A stretch of DNA of 64,000 bases from an uncultured Collinsella sp. (GTDB taxonomy: Bacteria > Actinomycetota > Coriobacteriia > Coriobacteriales > Coriobacteriaceae): NCBI GenBank assembly GCA_900552145.1, contig URYW01000003.1:4736-68735 (forward strand), in the 5' to 3' direction. How positions within the stretch are numbered: the first letter of the stretch is position 1; each line of letters begins with the position of its first letter. Positions 61,101-64,000 of this stretch are shown piece after piece. The notes beneath the pieces were generated by a model. It searched no databases and was not told where the DNA came from. It saw nothing but the letters and a program-made list of their open reading frames with translations. Both the position numbers and the translations under genes were made by a program.

Positions 61101-64000
61101 TCAGCAGCGTTGGTACCCTTGGCGACGACCTTGTCGCCCTCGACCAGCTCAAAGGAGAACTCGCCGGCAGCAAGCTCACGCCCGGTCAGAACCTTGTTCG
61201 CGGTAATCTGGTCGGTGACGCTCGTCTCGACAGGCGTCGCGCTGTAGGTATTGGTGAACGTAAATGCCGCGTTGCCGTCCGGCTTGCGGGACACGCTCAA
61301 ATTGCCCTTGCCGTCATCGGTCACGGTGAAGGAAACCTCGCGCGACGGCTTGGCGTCGTTGGTCACGCCAGCGACCTCGCCGGACTCGGTCACGGTGTAG
61401 GTAAAGGTGTGCTCGCGCTTCTCGGGCTTCTCGCCCAGAGCCTTGTTAAGGTCGTCGAGCGTAAAGGTGATCTTGCCAAAGTCGACCTTGCCCTTGGCAT
61501 CATTGGTCACGCTCGCGTTCGCGGGCATGGGTGCGCCCTCTTCACCGGTCACGGTAAAGGTGAACTTGCCGTTGATGTCGACCGGCATCAAGCCGTCGGC
61601 GACCTGCAGGTTCTTGATGCCCACAAGCGATGCCTCGGTAGCATTCGTGGTGTAGGCGTTCTTGAACTCGATGCTCTTGACGTCCTTGGCGTCCTTCAGC
61701 TCGTGCGTGGCAACCAGCTGGCCCTTGCCGTTATCGCTGATGGTCGTCACGATGGTGTAGGTCGTATCGTCATAGGTGATGCCGCCAGCGTCGCCCTTGA
61801 CCTCGCGCAGCATGTAGATGTGCTGGCCGATCTCGGTGTACTTGATGGCGCTGAACGTCACCTTGCCGTCGGCGCCGTTCGCAACGGTCTCGATAAGCTC
61901 AGAGTCCTCGCCCTTAACCTCGCGCAGCTCAAAACTGAACTCACCGGCCGTAAGGTCGCGCCCGGTCAGAGACTTGGTCACGTCAATCTTGTCGGTAACG
62001 CTGGACTCAACAGGATCCGCAGCGTAGACGTTCTTGAACTCGGTCACTTCGGCTTCACTCCAGGCCACCTTCACAGCGGCGCTGAGCTCACCCTTCTTGT
62101 TGGGCGTCACCGTCACGGTGATCTCCGCGACGCTACCGCTGTAGGCAATGCCGTCAATCGTGGTCCCGGCGTGCTTTTCGCTAACCTTGTAGACGTACGT
62201 GCCAGGCTCGGTGTATTCAATCGTGCCGAAGTCGATGGCAGCCTTGCCCTTGTCGTCCAGGTCGGCCCCGTGCACGATCGCAGTCGTAGTCGCAGGCATC
62301 GGAGCATTGCCCTCGGACGTCAGCCCAAACTCAAACGTGTCCGTATCCGTCCAAGCGCGGCCCTCGAGCACCTTGGTTAGACCAAAGCTGGCCTTGGTGT
62401 TCACCATTGCCGGCATCATGTCATACGCAAAGCTGATCTTGCCGTTGTTGCCCAGGTAGGAATTGACATGCGTCGCGGTCGCCTTGGCGGACACGTTATT
62501 CCACTTGGGGTTGAGAACGTCGGTCGCGGTGCCGGTGTTGTTGCCGCCCACGCTCTTCTTGGTGGTGTGGAGCTCATCGATAAAGGCCAGGCGCGCGGTT
62601 CCCACGCTAAACGACAGGTTTCCGTCCTTGTCGGCAACTATAGCGCCGTCAAACTTGGCAGCGTCGCCACCGATGAACTCGATGACGGCGGTGGTGGGCT
62701 TGGCCTCGCCGTTCTTGCCCTGCTCCTCAAACTCATCCTTGTAGTAATAGGTGCCTTTCTCTGCCAGTGAATTCTTTGCGGGCTGTGTGCAGTCCTTGTC
62801 CGTGTAAATGGGAGTCTGCTTCTGGAAGTAGTAGTAGCGGTTGGTGTCGGCCGGCTCAAAGGTCGCAACCGTATCGCCCAACGCACCACCGCTCCACTTG
62901 TTCGCGTAGAAGCTCACGGTCTTGGTGCCGTCAACGACAGTCGTATTATGCTCGATGTAGTTCTTGAGCCCTGCTACCTTCTCGGGCGTAAACAGGTTGT
63001 CAAGTGCGGCGCTCTTCACGCTCGAGGCATACTTCACCTGAATGGGCTTAACGTTGTCGACCGAAAGCTTGCCGTCTACGGTCTTAAAGTGACTCAGCGG
63101 AATCAACGACGCAGGAATGTTAACCGTTACGATATCGCCCTTCCGGGGATTGTCATCGCCAGCACGCTGCACGGTGATGAGCAGGTCTTTTGCCTTGCCG
63201 GAAAACTCGTAGGTGTCGGTATTGGTTTCTTTGTTGACCGTCTTGCTCGCCTTGGTAAACGACATGCCGTTGATGACGACTTCGGTAAATCCGTCGACCT
63301 GCATAAAGTAGCCCAGCTCGTCGGTAAACGTGATGTAGCCGGACTTGGTCTCGTCGTAGCCCTTATGGATTTCGGTCGGATAAGGCGGCTCCGATGTGAT
63401 GGCCTGTGAGATGTCGTCGAAGACCTTCTTGAGCTCTTCAGCATTGGTCGCCGACTTGTAGTAGTCGGAATTTTCCGCGCGCGTGCCAAGCTCGTCGCTC
63501 GCATACGACGTGGCATCGGGATAATTACTCGACACGGCGTGCATAAACTTATTGACGTCGCTTGTCCCCTTTTTCGAGGGATCGGCAACGGGGTCCGCTC
63601 CACTAAAGATGCCGATGGTATAAACGGTGGCCTTGCCATCCTTCATCTTCTTGGCAGCCGTCACGGCAGCATTGGCGACGTCAGAATCAAACTCGCTGTA
63701 GCTCGTTGGCTTGCCGTCGGTAAAGAACACAACGATCTTCTTGGCATCTGCGCGACCAGAAGTGATATCCCCGGCCAGTTCCAGACCATAGTCGGCGCGC
63801 GTAGCACCGCTTGGCTTGATTCCAGCAACTGTATCCTTAAGAGCTTTCACGTTGCCGCCGGAGCAATCGGTCAAACCCTTCATTACCTGCGAGTGGTTGT
63901 ACTTGTATTGGCCTTGATAGTACGTGTCATTGCCGACCTTATCAGTCTTATCACCCGCAAACTTAACAATGGCAACCCTATGCTGCCTATCAACGCCCTC
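58181..64000 (-). CDS. Large cell-surface adhesin: vWA domain + multiple Spy0128/FctA pilin-like repeats + sortase-type C-terminus (5' end outside window)
   Basis: Frame open to base 64000; VVFFTDG, VYTIG (vWA); repeated K.LTGR.L..GEF.F … F.N.Y modules; LPTTS + TM + RKR. Confidence 0.9.
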   Translation of the reverse strand, partial: EGVDRQHRVAIVKFAGDKTDKVGNDTYYQGQYKYNHSQVMKGLTDCSGGNVKALKDTVAGIKPSGATRADYGLELAGDITSGRADAKKIVVFFTDGKPTSYSEFDSDVANAAVTAAKKMKDGKATVYTIGIFSGADPVADPSKKGTSDVNKFMHAVSSNYPDATSYASDELGTRAENSDYYKSATNAEELKKVFDDISQAITSEPPYPTEIHKGYDETKSGYITFTDELGYFMQVDGFTEVVINGMSFTKASKTVNKETNTDTYEFSGKAKDLLITVQRAGDDNPRKGDIVTVNIPASLIPLSHFKTVDGKLSVDNVKPIQVKYASSVKSAALDNLFTPEKVAGLKNYIEHNTTVVDGTKTVSFYANKWSGGALGDTVATFEPADTNRYYYFQKQTPIYTDKDCTQPAKNSLAEKGTYYYKDEFEEQGKNGEAKPTTAVIEFIGGDAAKFDGAIVADKDGNLSFSVGTARLAFIDELHTTKKSVGGNNTGTATDVLNPKWNNVSAKATATHVNSYLGNNGKISFAYDMMPAMVNTKASFGLTKVLEGRAWTDTDTFEFGLTSEGNAPMPATTTAIVHGADLDDKGKAAIDFGTIEYTEPGTYVYKVSEKHAGTTIDGIAYSGSVAEITVTVTPNKKGELSAAVKVAWSEAEVTEFKNVYAADPVESSVTDKIDVTKSLTGRDLTAGEFSFELREVKGEDSELIETVANGADGKVTFSAIKYTEIGQHIYMLREVKGDAGGITYDDTTYTIVTTISDNGKGQLVATHELKDAKDVKSIEFKNAYTTNATEASLVGIKNLQVADGLMPVDINGKFTFTVTGEEGAPMPANASVTNDAKGKVDFGKITFTLDDLNKALGEKPEKREHTFTYTVTESGEVAGVTNDAKPSREVSFTVTDDGKGNLSVSRKPDGNAAFTFTNTYSATPVETSVTDQITANKVLTGRELAAGEFSFELVEGDKVVAKGTNAADGTIAMDKIAYDKPGKHTYTLREVNGGTTSKGITYSDAKYAIETTITDNGDGALSVTHVLKGTEPAEFKNTYSVTPLDAELDFGLSKAIDGRDWTDGDEFSFTITAPEGVPLPDPATVTVSKGDAEDGIAAIKFGKIHFAAAGTYKYEIRENAGSTVGMTYDAHVATAEVTVTEDGEGNLTANVTKKENGRFTNTYRTELDYAAAGGLKLSKTLCGRPMTEGQFTFTVTPTDDDSARALGLLPGANNFESPATIEGTVGLIDILAGHEVKFTQADAGKTFKYTVAEKNDGQPGYTYDDAVRTVTIAIVDDTAGTLTATTTVSGGPEGTHETVHKSGENKIEKALVPFHNSYSATTNTPGGTAAQVVATKTLTGRPMADGEFWFGIAYQGELVAYENLKPNIGGHVSFDTLHYDTKMLANLEAAGLAYRTDKDGKLAWTINYTAYEDLFGLPNGVSATTWSFGFKVIVVDNGDGTLTATVDYGGVEPLFENVYGADAVDAALTGTKKLQVAEGLTPADITGKFTFTVTADEAGAPMPERTTVTNDAAGNVDFGKIHFTLEDLNRALGVTDDATDRAEADEADEVEADEAEAEEADADVDTNADEPSDESEPTAPTAPRSHTFAYTVTESGSAPGVTNDANATRKVSYTVTDDGAGHLSVVRDGDDGAAFTFTNTYGVTPTDSSVTDQVKTVKRLTGRDLAAGEFTFELLEDDVVVANGTNDANGTVTLSPIRYEAPGTHTYTLREACPNALGLYKGVTYDGTTYTVVTTVSDNGDGTLTAAHKLEGTTESAGFTNKYHAMPTQVSIGAIKVLEGRELKKDEFSFKFVGEGIESTVTNDADGKINFDKFEYDEPGTYVYTISEVKGDETGMTYDKSVFTATVNVVDDGEGSLKASVAFAKGDKSVEGIVFNNTYKKPETPVPTPDPGTPKTVTNIVKTVKGFLPTTSDQQAAALLMTFVIAMAGVGALVWGIRKR

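Noticed and set aside
59870..62380. 836-aa plus-strand ORF and similar long antisense ORFs (5415-7067, 25732-27228, 39175-40530, 49838-51418)
   Set aside because: Each mirrors a well-supported opposite-strand gene, as expected from high-GC codon bias.
58380..62400. DNA-level repeats inside the adhesin as a mobile or shufflon system
   Set aside because: Explained by tandem pilin-like domains; no recombinase or inverted cassettes seen.

Overview
GC-rich bacterial chromosome segment. Gene content and repeat style suggest a gut Coriobacteriaceae such as Collinsella (inference only). In order: the 3' part of a [NiFe]-hydrogenase maturation operon (hypF partial, hypC, hypD, hypE); a 6.9-kb beta-glucoside/cellobiose-type PTS cassette (HPr, GH1, IIA/IIC/IIB, PRD regulator) bounded by a duplicated hypE 3' end; a HAD phosphatase, a lipoprotein, a PTS IIA(Glc), a truncated RpiR and pyrE; two divergent genes each broken by one in-frame stop; a YdjG/YdjI-like zinc-ribbon/SPFH operon; a three-gene sensor/regulator unit; a second GH1; an AAA ATPase between ~245-bp direct repeats; a DUF4867-like gene, luxS, nucleoside hydrolase, ribokinase, an OatA-like acyltransferase, Nramp, MgtE-like and several core genes; two ABC systems; a two-component system; and a large partial vWA/pilin-repeat surface protein. 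I saw no rRNA, tRNA, CRISPR array, integrase or transposase. The most unusual signals are non-coding: (i) two copies of a ~147-nt structured element whose outer stem differs in sequence between copies yet still pairs; (ii) two integrase-free insertions that each duplicate the 3' end of the neighbouring gene; (iii) a REP-like hairpin family with a conserved GGGGAC loop and variable stems; (iv) periodic palindrome arrays. A stand-alone homolog of the cyanophycin-synthetase N-domain is also notable. All protein calls come from motif recognition, not database searches.
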